Positions 36,889 to 46,961 of a stretch of 64,000 nt of DNA are shown piece after piece (the first letter of the stretch is position 1; each line of letters begins with the position of its first letter). The position numbers and the translations under genes are program-made. The notes under the pieces were generated by a model that saw nothing but the letters and a program-made list of their open reading frames with translations, was not told where the DNA came from and ran no database searches. Origin of the DNA: a virus; the IMG/VR virus record IMGVR_UViG_3300028800_000059, positions 64,001 to 128,000 of that record. One strand, 5' to 3'.

Positions 36889-37841
36889 TATATCCACTCC
36901 ACACCAATCATAAGTTCGGTCAGACAAGCCACCGCGTTCAATTCTAAATCAGCCACAAATGCCGCCTTATACATATAATCAGCCAACGTCACAACCAATT
37001 GCGGAACGCTTCCTGGCTTCACCATGTCATAAGCCTTATCGTAAATCTGCCGAAACAGTTTCGTCCAGTCGGCGTCATTGTTTTGCCCGGCCCATTTTCT
37101 CATGCCAATAAAATCTTTGGCCTTCAAAAATTTGACCAATTCTCCGAGATTGATTTCTTGAACCTGAGCCAGAATACCAACATCGATATTTCCATTACCT
37201 TGTTTGGAATATCGTTGAAGTTCGCCAATGATCCGACGATAATCTGGAAAATGTTTCTTGATTAACTCGACAACAACTGACTTATCAAACGTCACATTTT
37301 CGGCCTTTAGAATTTCCGAGATACGAGCGAAAAATTGTTTGGCCATTTCTGGCTTTTCAGAATTTTTCAAATGAAAATCAACAATCGCCATTCTTGAATG
37401 AAGGGCTGGAATGATTCGATCTTTATAATTTGCCGTAAAGACGAAAGAACAATTCTGAGAAAATTCTTCGATGGCGCCACGTAGCGCGGGTTGAGTTGAT
37501 TGAGCATTAAGATAATCAGCTTCATCCAAAATAATAACTTTACGCCCACCAGTCAGAGACATGGCCGAGGCATATTGCACAATATTAGTCCGAAGTGTTT
37601 CGATGTTGCCATTCATCGAAGCATTGATTAGATAGTGATCTAGACCAATTTCTTCACAAATAGCCCGGGCAGCCGTAGTTTTCCCCATCCCAGGTCCACC
37701 AGTGAACATGAGATTAGGAACTTCTCGGTCGTCAACAATTTTTTGAAGTGTGTTTTTTAAATGTGCCGGGAGAATACAATCAGCTATCTTGTGGGGCCGA
37801 TATTTTTCCACCCACAAAAATTCATTCTCATTGATATCCAT
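36888..37841 (-). CDS. 44: Clamp loader large subunit gp44
   Basis: LWVEKYRP, GPGMGKT, ILDEAD, LRG.IE, PDYRR. Confidence 0.97.
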   Translation of the reverse strand: MDINENEFLWVEKYRPHKIADCILPAHLKNTLQKIVDDREVPNLMFTGGPGMGKTTAARAICEEIGLDHYLINASMNGNIETLRTNIVQYASAMSLTGGRKVIILDEADYLNAQSTQPALRGAIEEFSQNCSFVFTANYKDRIIPALHSRMAIVDFHLKNSEKPEMAKQFFARISEILKAENVTFDKSVVVELIKKHFPDYRRIIGELQRYSKQGNGNIDVGILAQVQEINLGELVKFLKAKDFIGMRKWAGQNNDADWTKLFRQIYDKAYDMVKPGSVPQLVVTLADYMYKAAFVADLELNAVACLTELMIGVEWI

Positions 37842-37844
37842 AAT

Positions 37845-38102
37845 CTACCTTCCATAATTTATTTTTATTAGGCCTAAAATTTCTGCGCTATGTCCTGACG
37901 GAATACCAGCACAATCTCTCAAGTTTTCCCATAATTGAGTTCCATTAAGAACTGGTCTATCGGCTGTCCAATGGGCAGCAAAATAAAGTTGTCTCACTGC
38001 CGAACAAAGAAGATCATATTTTTTCTCATAATTAATTTCTTCGTCTGTCATTTTAATCCTCACGAACTCGCTGTGGAAAATTCTCGCGTTCCGAAACCTC
38101 AT
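37845..38102 (-). CDS. Hypothetical protein
   Basis: Operon packing. Confidence 0.5.
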   Translation of the reverse strand: MRFRNARIFHSEFVRIKMTDEEINYEKKYDLLCSAVRQLYFAAHWTADRPVLNGTQLWENLRDCAGIPSGHSAEILGLIKINYGR

Positions 38103-38418
38103 TGAATTTATGTCTAACGCAATCAGCCATTCGCAAGCCTAAATGTTCCGCGAGCAAATCAAGATAGGCATACACATCACCAATTTCATCGGCAATGTCT
38201 TGAACGGCCTGTTCGCGAGTCTTTGGTCCTTTTGATTGGACCATACCATCTTCAAGGCGTCTTAGTTTCTTGACGGCATTGCAGACTTCTCCTGCCTCGC
38301 CAGCAAGAGCATTAGACCAATCGACAACACTCCAATGAGTTCCTTTGTGCCAAACCTTGGATCGTTCTCGGCTTACTGCCGAAAATTCATCAAAGGTTAG
38401 AGGAGATTTAAATCTCAT
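38053..38418 (-). CDS. MazG-like NTP pyrophosphohydrolase
   Basis: LAGEAGEV..VKK..DEIGDV..Y..LA..KFNE. Confidence 0.85.
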   Translation of the reverse strand: MRFKSPLTFDEFSAVSRERSKVWHKGTHWSVVDWSNALAGEAGEVCNAVKKLRRLEDGMVQSKGPKTREQAVQDIADEIGDVYAYLDLLAEHLGLRMADCVRHKFNEVSERENFPQRVRED

Positions 38419-38443
38419 TCCTGGCCGAGCAATTGAATCCTTT

Positions 38444-38647
38444 TCAGGCTCCTGGCGTTGCTGGTTCACCTGGCTGTCCTTTCCCTTTTTCTTTTTGAAC
38501 TTGATCCCAAAAACTATTTTGCATTGCCTGATGAATTGAATTCACAACATCATCGAATTTCCCTTTGGCACTAAATCCACCGACATTACCAATATATAAA
38601 TCATCTGGTATTGTTGAATAAATCGTTGCTGTAACATGAATTGTCAT
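38444..38647 (-). CDS. Hypothetical protein
   Basis: Operon packing. Confidence 0.4.
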   Translation of the reverse strand: MTIHVTATIYSTIPDDLYIGNVGGFSAKGKFDDVVNSIHQAMQNSFWDQVQKEKGKGQPGEPATPGA

Positions 38648-38651
38648 AAAA

Positions 38652-39011
38652 TTATTCTCCTTTTGTTTCTTGTTCTACTGCATCAGGAAAATTACCGTCT
38701 TGAAATGGATTTCCTTCTGCCCAAATATCATCCGTCAATTCACTTCCATCTAATAGTGGAAGAGTTTCTGGATCGTTTGTTTTCAATACATCTACTCCTA
38801 AATCACTTTCTAGATTGACTCCTAAACTTTCATAAGTCTTAGATCGTAATTCGTGAAATTGTTGTAACCATGCCGTTTCAACAGCATCAACAACATCATT
38901 AAAATTAGAACTTGCAACAGCAAATCTTCCCACTTTACCGGCAAATACTCTATCAAAAGGAATTGATTCGTTTTGAATTTTTTCAATCACAGCATTTAAT
39001 TCAAACAACAT
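38652..39011 (-). CDS. Hypothetical acidic protein
   Basis: Directly downstream of gp45. Confidence 0.5.
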   Translation of the reverse strand: MLFELNAVIEKIQNESIPFDRVFAGKVGRFAVASSNFNDVVDAVETAWLQQFHELRSKTYESLGVNLESDLGVDVLKTNDPETLPLLDGSELTDDIWAEGNPFQDGNFPDAVEQETKGE

Positions 39012-39718
39012 TATTCTACCCCTTTGCCTTGTTTCTTTTCACCAAACCAAGTTTCTTTTTCAGTAGTGACCCAATATTGTAAATTATTGGCCTTAAAATG
39101 TGCCATACCTTTGGCAGTCACAGTTACATCATAGGTCTTTGGAAGCATTTTCCAATTTTCTCTCTTGAACACAAATTCGAATGGTGTTCCAGATGGCGCC
39201 TTTCCTAACTCTACTGTATCTTCATGTGCCGAATCATTCTTGATATCCATCGTTACTAACGATAACGTTTTTCCATCGCTGCGGAAAATGATGTTCGGAC
39301 TGTGAAGAATGTCTGCCATTCTAAGAACCCAATTCAAATCTTTTTCATCCAATTTGATTTCAAGGTCTTTGCTTGGAAGAACCAAGGCCTTCTTTGGCGG
39401 AGAGATAATTAGATTTGGTGCTGCCAGACGATATTTGACTTTTGATTTCCCAGAATGTCCTACAATCGTGATTTGATTTTGATCGTCTTTATCGAGGACA
39501 AGATCAACCAAATCTTCGTCTTCGGAAAGAATGCTTAGAAAATCACCTAATGCATAAATGCGAATTTGAAATGGAAAACTTTCTTTCACAACAGCCGATC
39601 CCATAATCACTTTGTTGGGATGGATTGTAGATAGAACGTTCCCTTCCTCGATTACAATTCCCGAATTGATTTCAGAAAAATTCTTGAGGATAACTAAAGT
39701 CTCGTCAGATAATTTCAT
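39011..39718 (-). CDS. 45: Sliding clamp gp45
   Basis: MKLSDETL.ILKNFS.IN.GI..F..I.Y.L..FL. Confidence 0.95.
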   Translation of the reverse strand: MKLSDETLVILKNFSEINSGIVIEEGNVLSTIHPNKVIMGSAVVKESFPFQIRIYALGDFLSILSEDEDLVDLVLDKDDQNQITIVGHSGKSKVKYRLAAPNLIISPPKKALVLPSKDLEIKLDEKDLNWVLRMADILHSPNIIFRSDGKTLSLVTMDIKNDSAHEDTVELGKAPSGTPFEFVFKRENWKMLPKTYDVTVTAKGMAHFKANNLQYWVTTEKETWFGEKKQGKGVE

Positions 39719-39726
39719 TATATCTC

Positions 39727-40440
39727 CTATTTTTCAGATGTATTAATAAGTTTATCAGAACCTCTTAATGCCGTCAATGCATATTTTACATTAACATGAA
39801 GTTCCTCTAGTGAATTAGTTTCTCGGTCGTTTTCGATTTCCCAATCAGGAGTGATTCCTACCCACGACCATTCGGAAGGATGAATGCCATAAAGTTCCTG
39901 AGGATTTTTTAATTTTATGTCCAACAAAGCTTTGGCTATGGTATATTCGTTCTGACGTACAGTTCCTGCCATCATACGATTATATTGATAGGCATAATCC
40001 CACCATTCTGGAAGTTCTTTCTTTCGAACATGAATGACGAAACCCTTATTACGTTTGATAACGTCAATTTCGTTTGGGAAACGACAGTCCGTAATTACAA
40101 CATCCCCGCTTTTTCCTAGAAGTCTTTTTTCCAGTGAAGCAATCCAAATATCTTTATGGAAATGATTTCGAAAAACTTCTGTTCCAAAATGTTGAAGCAC
40201 CCAACGCGGAGTCACTTCATGATCCAATCGAAGGGACCACCATTCGTCTCTGGCTTCACGAAATTCTCGACTTTCTTCGGTGATACCTTCTAGTAATTCT
40301 CGATTCCATCCAAACACCGCTGCCACTACATCTTTCAACGGAGAGGCAAAACTTTCTTTTTGGAAACCACAAGATTCAACAAGATAATCGCCAACGGCGT
40401 TCTTACCGCTACCGATAAGTCCTACTACACCAATGATCAT
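39727..40440 (-). CDS. 1: Deoxynucleoside monophosphate kinase gp1-like
   Basis: GLIGSGK, SFASPLKD, TPRWVLQ..GTE, ITDCRF.NE, HPSE. Confidence 0.92.
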   Translation of the reverse strand: MIIGVVGLIGSGKNAVGDYLVESCGFQKESFASPLKDVVAAVFGWNRELLEGITEESREFREARDEWWSLRLDHEVTPRWVLQHFGTEVFRNHFHKDIWIASLEKRLLGKSGDVVITDCRFPNEIDVIKRNKGFVIHVRKKELPEWWDYAYQYNRMMAGTVRQNEYTIAKALLDIKLKNPQELYGIHPSEWSWVGITPDWEIENDRETNSLEELHVNVKYALTALRGSDKLINTSEK

Positions 40441-40455
40441 AATTACTCCTAATTT

Positions 40456-40725
40456 TTAATTAGAGGAAGCGTGTTTTTTATCTTGGCGTTTACGCTTTTC
40501 TTCGTCCCATACTTTTATAATCAATTGAAATAATTCCTGAACATCATCAAAATTCTCGACCATGGCGTTAATTTTATATCCACTTGGAAGAATAGGGTCT
40601 CTAACTTCAATTTCCGTAGGGGACGTAAACATTATAATTCTCCTGTCAACTCTGCCACCTTTGGCATATTGCCACTGAAAGGATACGTGCCTAAATGTTG
40701 GGTTTTCATCCACGGACACAACCAA
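40456..40725 (-). CDS. Hypothetical protein, start uncertain
   Basis: ORF overlaps the upstream gene; true start probably near 40633. Confidence 0.35.
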   Translation of the reverse strand: MVVSVDENPTFRHVSFQWQYAKGGRVDRRIIMFTSPTEIEVRDPILPSGYKINAMVENFDDVQELFQLIIKVWDEEKRKRQDKKHASSN

Positions 40726-41564
40726 ATTTTAAATCCAATCTTTCTTGCCCATTGACAAAACATATAATCTTCGGATAGATAACGATCCGATGCACCAGGA
40801 GGCACACCCAACTTAACCTGCATTTCTAATGGAAATAACTTCACCAATTCTTCACGAGGCATTTCTAATTTCTTCGCTAAAAGATCAACTGGATCAAGAG
40901 GCGTATCAATCACAGTGTCAAAATAAGCGTGAATATATCGTGATCCATCGAAATGTTTTTGTCCTACATGATCTGGTTTGTATTTCAACTGTGGATACGC
41001 CTCGGCAAATTTAGGAAACACTTCACGGCGAACCATCATATATCCAGTGCCAATCTCCATAACTTCTAGAGGTTCGGTTACTTGGAATTGTTTTGTTCCC
41101 ACAACAGGATTGAAAACATAATCACCAACAACCGTTTCAAGATCGCCAGGATTCAAACTTGCGTTTTTCTTTATGGCCTTGACAACATTTCCCCAATTGA
41201 TTGATTTTTTAGGATAAGGGGCGCCAATAATATCTCTAGTTTCTCCTTGTTCATTTGGCATACTCAAAGCCAACAGAGTCAAAACATCCTTTGGATCAAA
41301 ATGAATGTCAGAATCTAGAAACAAGAAATGAGTAAACTGTGGCGCCCTGTAAAGAAATTCATCGACCAAATAATTTCTGGCACGAGTAATCAAACTTTCA
41401 TTGAACAGAAAAGAAAATCTATTTTCTATACCATGAGCCGTTAGAATGGCCTGGAGGTCGAGAATTGATTTGTTATATAACCCGTGACACTGGCCTCCGT
41501 ACATGGGCGTTGCCACAAAAATCTTCTGTTTACGTAAGTCTTCGACTTTGACTTTTATTTCCAT
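40632..41564 (-). CDS. GT-A fold glycosyltransferase-like phage protein
   Basis: FVATPMYGG, ESLITRARN, FLDSDI, GTGYM, SEDYMFC. Confidence 0.7.
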   Translation of the reverse strand: MEIKVKVEDLRKQKIFVATPMYGGQCHGLYNKSILDLQAILTAHGIENRFSFLFNESLITRARNYLVDEFLYRAPQFTHFLFLDSDIHFDPKDVLTLLALSMPNEQGETRDIIGAPYPKKSINWGNVVKAIKKNASLNPGDLETVVGDYVFNPVVGTKQFQVTEPLEVMEIGTGYMMVRREVFPKFAEAYPQLKYKPDHVGQKHFDGSRYIHAYFDTVIDTPLDPVDLLAKKLEMPREELVKLFPLEMQVKLGVPPGASDRYLSEDYMFCQWARKIGFKIWLCPWMKTQHLGTYPFSGNMPKVAELTGEL

Positions 41565-41628
41565 TTTTTCCTCATATTAATTTCAATTGAATATTTTAGA
41601 ACAAACACAACCGAAAGTCAACAACAAA

Positions 41629-43155
41629 TTATTCAGAAAAAATCATCTGTGCCGCCTTGGTATCTTTATCGCCATTATAAGACGACAACACCACACGAAA
41701 TCCCCAAAGTCTTCTAACATGAAGAATTGCTTCCATGGCCATTGGCAAATCCAGAGGAACCATATTGTATCTATTGTGGCGAAGATATAAAGTTCTGTCG
41801 CCATCCAAATCTATATCTTCCACTAAAATTCTTGGCAATGTAGTATGAACATCATTTTGTTTTGCTAACTTATGCCGAATGTTTCGATAACCTTCATCGT
41901 CATGAGTTTCAGAAACAATGTAATGATGGGAATCCTTCAAAGGATTGTCCTCAATAGCAGCCAACTTCATGTCTCTAATAACCTTTGGGCTCAGGAATTG
42001 TAGAATGAAACTTTCGTCTTTATAGTTTTTCATGGCATCATCTAGAACTTCCTGCCAACTATTTCCAATCAAATGTGGAAACCACTGTTTATCTTCACCA
42101 GTAGGATTTTCACAAATTCTTTTTATATCCTGAAAAATATTAATACCTAAAGCATATGGATTGATGCCATTATAATGTGGGTCATCCATTTCTCTTTGAT
42201 ACACAACACCAGAATGGGACCTGAAAAATTCCAACATCGATCCTTCGGTTATCATGCCATTATCATACAATTCATTCATCAGATGATAATGCCAGAAAGA
42301 TGCCCATCCTTCATTAGCGACTTTGGTTTGGAACTGTGGCCAGAAATATTGAGAAATCTTTCTGACTATCCTTACAATTTCTCTTTGCCAAGTCAAAAGA
42401 GTTGGTGAATTCTTTTCAAGAAACAATAAAATATTTTCTTCTGGCTCTGGCAACATCAACTGTTTTCTTTGAGTAGCATTGGTCTTTGTTAATAGCGAAG
42501 GACGATTTTCAGGAACGGGCCAAAGTTCGCTGATACGACTTTGATAATAATCATCCCTTTCTTCCAATCGCATCTTTTTTTCTTTTTCAGATTTGTCTCT
42601 GACTCGTTTCACCCGATCAAATCCAAAAGTTTCCAATGTATGACATGAATCTAGAAGTTCCTCGACGGCCTTTTCTCCATATTTCACTTCACATTCAGCA
42701 ATATATTTGTTGGCATAAATCAGAAAATCAATAATATTCTCGGCGTCTGTCCATTGTTTAAATAGATAATTGTTTTTGAAGAAACTATTGTGTCCATAAC
42801 AAGCATGGGCAATGACCAAACATTGCATCGTTGCAGAATTTTGTTCCATGAGATAAGAAATACAAGGGTTGGTATTCGTTACTACTTCATAGGCCAATCC
42901 CATATGTCCTTTTTGATAGGCCTTTCTTTCCCGGGAGAAAGTCTTGCCAAATTTCCAATGATGATACATGACCGGCAAGGCATGTGTGGAATATCCTGCC
43001 AACATTTGATCCGAAGAAATAATTTCTATCTGATTTGGATAACAATCAAGATTGTATTTCCCAACAGCAATCTTAGAAATTTCCTCATCCATCAGGTTGA
43101 GTAATTCGAAATCCCAATCGCCGTTGTTAACCAAAAGAGGTTTATTTGTTGACAT
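41629..43155 (-). CDS. spoVR: SpoVR/YcgB family protein
   Basis: QIE..YS..GLP..Y.HW.FGK, LAYE.V.N.NPCI.YL, AHACYGH..FFKNN, NEGWASFWH, NPY.LG. Confidence 0.93.
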   Translation of the reverse strand: MSTNKPLLVNNGDWDFELLNLMDEEISKIAVGKYNLDCYPNQIEIISSDQMLAGYSTHALPVMYHHWKFGKTFSRERKAYQKGHMGLAYEVVTNTNPCISYLMEQNSATMQCLVIAHACYGHNSFFKNNYLFKQWTDAENIIDFLIYANKYIAECEVKYGEKAVEELLDSCHTLETFGFDRVKRVRDKSEKEKKMRLEERDDYYQSRISELWPVPENRPSLLTKTNATQRKQLMLPEPEENILLFLEKNSPTLLTWQREIVRIVRKISQYFWPQFQTKVANEGWASFWHYHLMNELYDNGMITEGSMLEFFRSHSGVVYQREMDDPHYNGINPYALGINIFQDIKRICENPTGEDKQWFPHLIGNSWQEVLDDAMKNYKDESFILQFLSPKVIRDMKLAAIEDNPLKDSHHYIVSETHDDEGYRNIRHKLAKQNDVHTTLPRILVEDIDLDGDRTLYLRHNRYNMVPLDLPMAMEAILHVRRLWGFRVVLSSYNGDKDTKAAQMIFSE

Positions 43156-44458
43156 TTATATCCCTTGAAAAGAGGTCTCGGAAAACAGGGAATATATCCG
43201 CCGGCGAGGATATAGAGCGACAATGAAATATGGTTGGAAACTTGGCCGCTATTTCAGAATATTTTCTCTGTAGCGATGAAAAGAAACTGGTCGTAACACC
43301 CCACATATTCGTTTCTTCATTTCGCATATGTCCAACTTGCACATAGGCAAAATACTGAATGTAAGGAATGAGTTTGTTCACAATGATTTCTTCGCATACA
43401 TCATCATCCAAATTAGAATTATCTCCATCAGAACATTGACTGATATAGATATTCCAATCGGACGTAGGATAACGTTTCTGAATAATTTCGGACGTTAAAG
43501 TAAGCGCCGAACTAACAACTGTTCCACCTGTTTCTAATGAATAGAAAAAATCATGTTCATCTACTTCATAGGCATCGGTCGTGTGTCTAATGAATACCAC
43601 ATCAACCTTTTCGTATTTACGATTGAGGAACATGTGAAGCAACATAAAGAATCTCTTGGCCAGGTCTTTTTCGTATTCGCCCATTGAACCCGACACGTCC
43701 ATTAGACAAAACATGACGGCCTTGGTGATTGGTTTTGGTTGCTCCACAAAGAGTTTGTATCGCAAATCAAAATCATCAATAAAAGGAATAGAGTCTCGTT
43801 GTTTTTTAAGTTCTACAATTCTCTGACCTAAATCAAAATGTAATGTATTGTCGATATCAGGCGCCCATCTTTGTTTTTCCAATTCCTCGATTTCTTTATC
43901 ATAACCAGCAGCAAGGGCAATCGTCCGAGCCAGCGCCTGAATATAGGACTTGCTCACATCCAAATTAGCAGGGATGCCAACCGTCGTAAATCCTGACCGA
44001 CACCATTTGTTTTCAGTCAGGTCTTTGAGTGCCGTCTTGACAAGATTTGGAAGTCTCAAATCATCAAAAAGAAAATCTAGAAATTCATCGCGGCTCAGAG
44101 TGAATTGAAATTCGTCCAATCCATCTTCACCATCTGGGCTTCCTGGACCTCTGGTTGAATCTTGTTCTGATGGCTTGCGAATTTTATCTTTACGTTGATA
44201 GTGTTTGTTTCCAGTCACCACATAATCATGAAAACCATCTTTCGATGATTGTCTAAACGTAGGTTCAGAAATTCCTTTTTTAGGTATGGAGACATTTCCA
44301 CCACCAGCATCCGTGATCGATCTACCAGGATTGCCACCAATAGTTTTCTTCAAGGCTTTTTTAATCGCTTCCCTGGTACGATCAAGGAACTTTTTGCGAT
44401 TAATTAAGTGTTTGGACTCTTTGCCCTGAGGTCTTCGATCTAAAATGATCGTGGACAT
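43142..44458 (-). CDS. yeaH: YeaH/YhbH (UPF0229) vWA-domain protein
   Basis: GN..Y...D.I.KP, PFID..DLRY, MDVSGSM, FIRH, GGT..SS, SDGDN. Confidence 0.93.
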   Translation of the reverse strand: MSTIILDRRPQGKESKHLINRKKFLDRTREAIKKALKKTIGGNPGRSITDAGGGNVSIPKKGISEPTFRQSSKDGFHDYVVTGNKHYQRKDKIRKPSEQDSTRGPGSPDGEDGLDEFQFTLSRDEFLDFLFDDLRLPNLVKTALKDLTENKWCRSGFTTVGIPANLDVSKSYIQALARTIALAAGYDKEIEELEKQRWAPDIDNTLHFDLGQRIVELKKQRDSIPFIDDFDLRYKLFVEQPKPITKAVMFCLMDVSGSMGEYEKDLAKRFFMLLHMFLNRKYEKVDVVFIRHTTDAYEVDEHDFFYSLETGGTVVSSALTLTSEIIQKRYPTSDWNIYISQCSDGDNSNLDDDVCEEIIVNKLIPYIQYFAYVQVGHMRNEETNMWGVTTSFFSSLQRKYSEIAAKFPTIFHCRSISSPADIFPVFRDLFSRDINVNK

Positions 44459-44511
44459 GTTTAATTGCTCTTTTTCTTTTTAGCCCAAGTTAGAGTCATA
44501 GGAATAAAAAA

Positions 44512-46452
44512 TTAATTAGATTTCCTGACGCGGAGATACCAATCAACAACGATACGGGTCTGTCTTTCTGAATATCCACGGGCCTTCATTCGTGATACGA
44601 ATTCACTATGTTTCTTTTCGTGTTCCGCAGATGATTTTTTATCAAACGAAATCACTGGCAAAATTTCATCCGTTGCCGCGAACATTTTCTTTTCGATGAC
44701 TTCGCGAAGCTTTTCATAGCTGGTCCAATGTGGATTTTGTCCATTATGAGTTCCACGATATCGCAAAGCGAATTTGACAATTTCATTTCGGAAATCTTTT
44801 TCGTTTACGATACCAGAAGGTTCTTCGATTTTTTCAAGTTCGCGATTGAGTGTTTCATTGTCGTACATTTCACCGGTATCTGAGTCTCGATAATCACGAT
44901 CCTCGACCCAATGATCGGCATAATCAATATATTTGTCGAATAGATTTTGTCCATATTCTGAATATGATTCCAGATAAGCAATCTGAATTTCCTTGCCGAT
45001 GTATTCAGAATATTTGTCATGCAACCACTGGCGATATTCCAACAGAATTGCTTCATCCTCTTCGGAAAATTGTTCCTGGATAATAGAGTCTTCCAATATT
45101 CTTAGTAGATGAACAGGATTGGCTCCCACTTCCATTGGGTCATAATTGAACACCTTGGAAAGAATTTTGTAACTCCAACGAGTAGACAATCCTTCCATGC
45201 CTTCATTGACGCCAGCATCGTCGCGATATTCCTGGATTGGTTTGATGTTTTGATCTTTATCTTTCAGATTTTCGCCGTCATAGATTTTCATCTTGGAAAA
45301 CACATTGCTATTGGCAGGAACTTGTAGGCGAGAAAGAACAGCCAATTGCGCCAACATTTCTAGCGTCTTTGGTGTGCAAGGAGCCTGATCCAAACTGGAA
45401 TCTTTCAGCAATTTATTGTAAATGAAAATTTCATCGCTGACTCGGAGACAATAAGGAACCTTGACCATATAAACACGATCCAGGAAGGCTTCATTGTTGC
45501 GATTGTTTTTGAAAGACTGCCATTCTGATTCATTCGAGTGACTTAGAATAATTCCTTGGAATGGAATACCAGAAATTGCTTCGGTGCCGTTGAAATTTCC
45601 TTCCTGTGTCGCCGTCAACAGAGGATGAAGAATTTTGATTGGTGCCTTGAACATTTCAACGAATTCAAGAAGCCCCTGATTGGCTCGGCATAGTCCACCA
45701 GAATAACGATAACAATCTGGATCGTCCTGGGCAAATTTTCCTAGACCTCGAATATCGACCTTGCCAACGAGACTTGAAATGTCCTGATTGTTTTCGTCGC
45801 CTGGTTCGACTTTGGCGATGGCGACTTGCTTTAGGCGATTAGGATACATTTTAACAACAGAGAATTGACTTAGATCGCCTTTGGCGTCCTTAGTCAATCG
45901 CTTGACGGCCCATGGGCTCAAACGCCCTAGAATATAACGACCTGGAATATTGTAATCCTGTTCTAATCGAGTCCGCCAAACAGTAGGATCAAAAAGCCCT
46001 AAAGGAGATTCGAAAACTGGAGAAAGTTCATCGCCATATTTCAAAACATAAATTGGTTCACGTTCCATCAATTCTTTTAGCCGTTCAGCCAAACTTGATT
46101 TGGCACTTCCTACAGGCCCCAACAGATACAAAATCTGTTTACGTTCTTCCAGTCCTTGGGCGGCATGTTTGAAAAAGCCAACAATATTTGCAATGACTGA
46201 TTCCATGCCATAGAAATCAGAGAAAACAGGATATGTTTTGATGGTTCGATTTAGGAAAATCCGACGCAATCTTTCGTCCTTGCTCGTATCTACCAGCACA
46301 GGCTCTCCGATTGCTTTGAGCATTCTTTCGGCAGCACTAGCATACGCCGAAGAATCTGTTTTGCATAATTCAAGATAGTCTGTCAAGCTTAGTTCATTTT
46401 CGGTTTTAACTTCAAAAGCATTCTTAAAATCAGCTAACAGATTTTTTTCCAT
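44512..46452 (-). CDS. prkA: PrkA/YeaG family AAA+ ATPase (annotated serine kinase)
   Basis: LLGPVGSAKSSL, EPGDENNQDIS.LVG, EMFKA, H.NE.E..F...K.NEAF.DR. Confidence 0.95.
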   Translation of the reverse strand: MEKNLLADFKNAFEVKTENELSLTDYLELCKTDSSAYASAAERMLKAIGEPVLVDTSKDERLRRIFLNRTIKTYPVFSDFYGMESVIANIVGFFKHAAQGLEERKQILYLLGPVGSAKSSLAERLKELMEREPIYVLKYGDELSPVFESPLGLFDPTVWRTRLEQDYNIPGRYILGRLSPWAVKRLTKDAKGDLSQFSVVKMYPNRLKQVAIAKVEPGDENNQDISSLVGKVDIRGLGKFAQDDPDCYRYSGGLCRANQGLLEFVEMFKAPIKILHPLLTATQEGNFNGTEAISGIPFQGIILSHSNESEWQSFKNNRNNEAFLDRVYMVKVPYCLRVSDEIFIYNKLLKDSSLDQAPCTPKTLEMLAQLAVLSRLQVPANSNVFSKMKIYDGENLKDKDQNIKPIQEYRDDAGVNEGMEGLSTRWSYKILSKVFNYDPMEVGANPVHLLRILEDSIIQEQFSEEDEAILLEYRQWLHDKYSEYIGKEIQIAYLESYSEYGQNLFDKYIDYADHWVEDRDYRDSDTGEMYDNETLNRELEKIEEPSGIVNEKDFRNEIVKFALRYRGTHNGQNPHWTSYEKLREVIEKKMFAATDEILPVISFDKKSSAEHEKKHSEFVSRMKARGYSERQTRIVVDWYLRVRKSN

Positions 46453-46489
46453 TTTATTCCTTTGACAACAGGATATTGCAGTTTCAGAT

Positions 46490-46496
46490 TATTTAT
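46490..46496 (-). promoter_or_regulatory. Late promoter-like ATAAATA upstream of prkA
   Basis: Immediately after a terminator and 37 nt upstream of ATG 46452. Confidence 0.5.
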
Positions 46497-46539
46497 GCAA
46501 AATAAAACGTGGTCCATGTAAAAACATGGTCCCACGTTT
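46497..46539 (-). terminator. Intrinsic terminator after the HTH gene
   Basis: AAACGTGG/CCACGTTT plus CCATGT/ACATGG stem, followed by TATTTT on the minus strand. Confidence 0.75.
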
Positions 46540-46558
46540 CAGAAATTGTAGCCAGAAA

Positions 46559-46786
46559 TTAAGCGCGGCGCTTGGTGCTAGCCAGCTTGTATACGGCTAC
46601 CTTACGGCCGGTTGTTGAATTGACGCGCCAATCGGTAGTGATTGGGTGGCCATCCTGGCGAAGTTCATCAATGCGAGCGGTAATATTGTGCCCGCCTGTT
46701 CGGCTTCGTGCCTGAGCAACCGAAAACGAGTTTTTCTTTTCTAGCGTAGTTAGAAGCTTGGACTTGATTGAAGTTTTCTTGGACAT
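46559..46786 (-). CDS. Small winged-HTH DNA-binding protein
   Basis: FSVAQARSR..NITARIDELRQDGH.I. Confidence 0.7.
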   Translation of the reverse strand: MSKKTSIKSKLLTTLEKKNSFSVAQARSRTGGHNITARIDELRQDGHPITTDWRVNSTTGRKVAVYKLASTKRRA

Positions 46787-46823
46787 ATGTTTTCCTTTCA
46801 GTTAGTGGTGGAGATAAAAATAA

Positions 46824-46844
46824 CCAGTGGAATGTTTCCACTGG
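46824..46844 (-). terminator. Perfect 9-bp hairpin in the HTH leader
   Basis: CCAGTGGAA-N3-TTCCACTGG followed by TTATTTTT on the minus strand. Confidence 0.55.
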
Positions 46845-46860
46845 CTGCATTCAATGTAAA

Positions 46861-46889
46861 ATTATAGGATAAAAAGGGGGACCTGTCAA
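46861..46889 (-). promoter_or_regulatory. Consensus sigma70 promoter
   Basis: TTGACA-N17-TATAAT exact. Confidence 0.85.
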
Positions 46890-46912
46890 CACTTAAAAGG
46901 TGTCCGGCCCCC
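46871..46912 (-). terminator. Terminator overlapping the -35 box
   Basis: GGGGGCC..GGTCCCCC-TTTTT on the minus strand. Confidence 0.6.
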
Positions 46913-46961
46913 TAGTTTACCCCAAATGATCCGAGAGAGTTAGGACCTATTTGAGGCTAGT

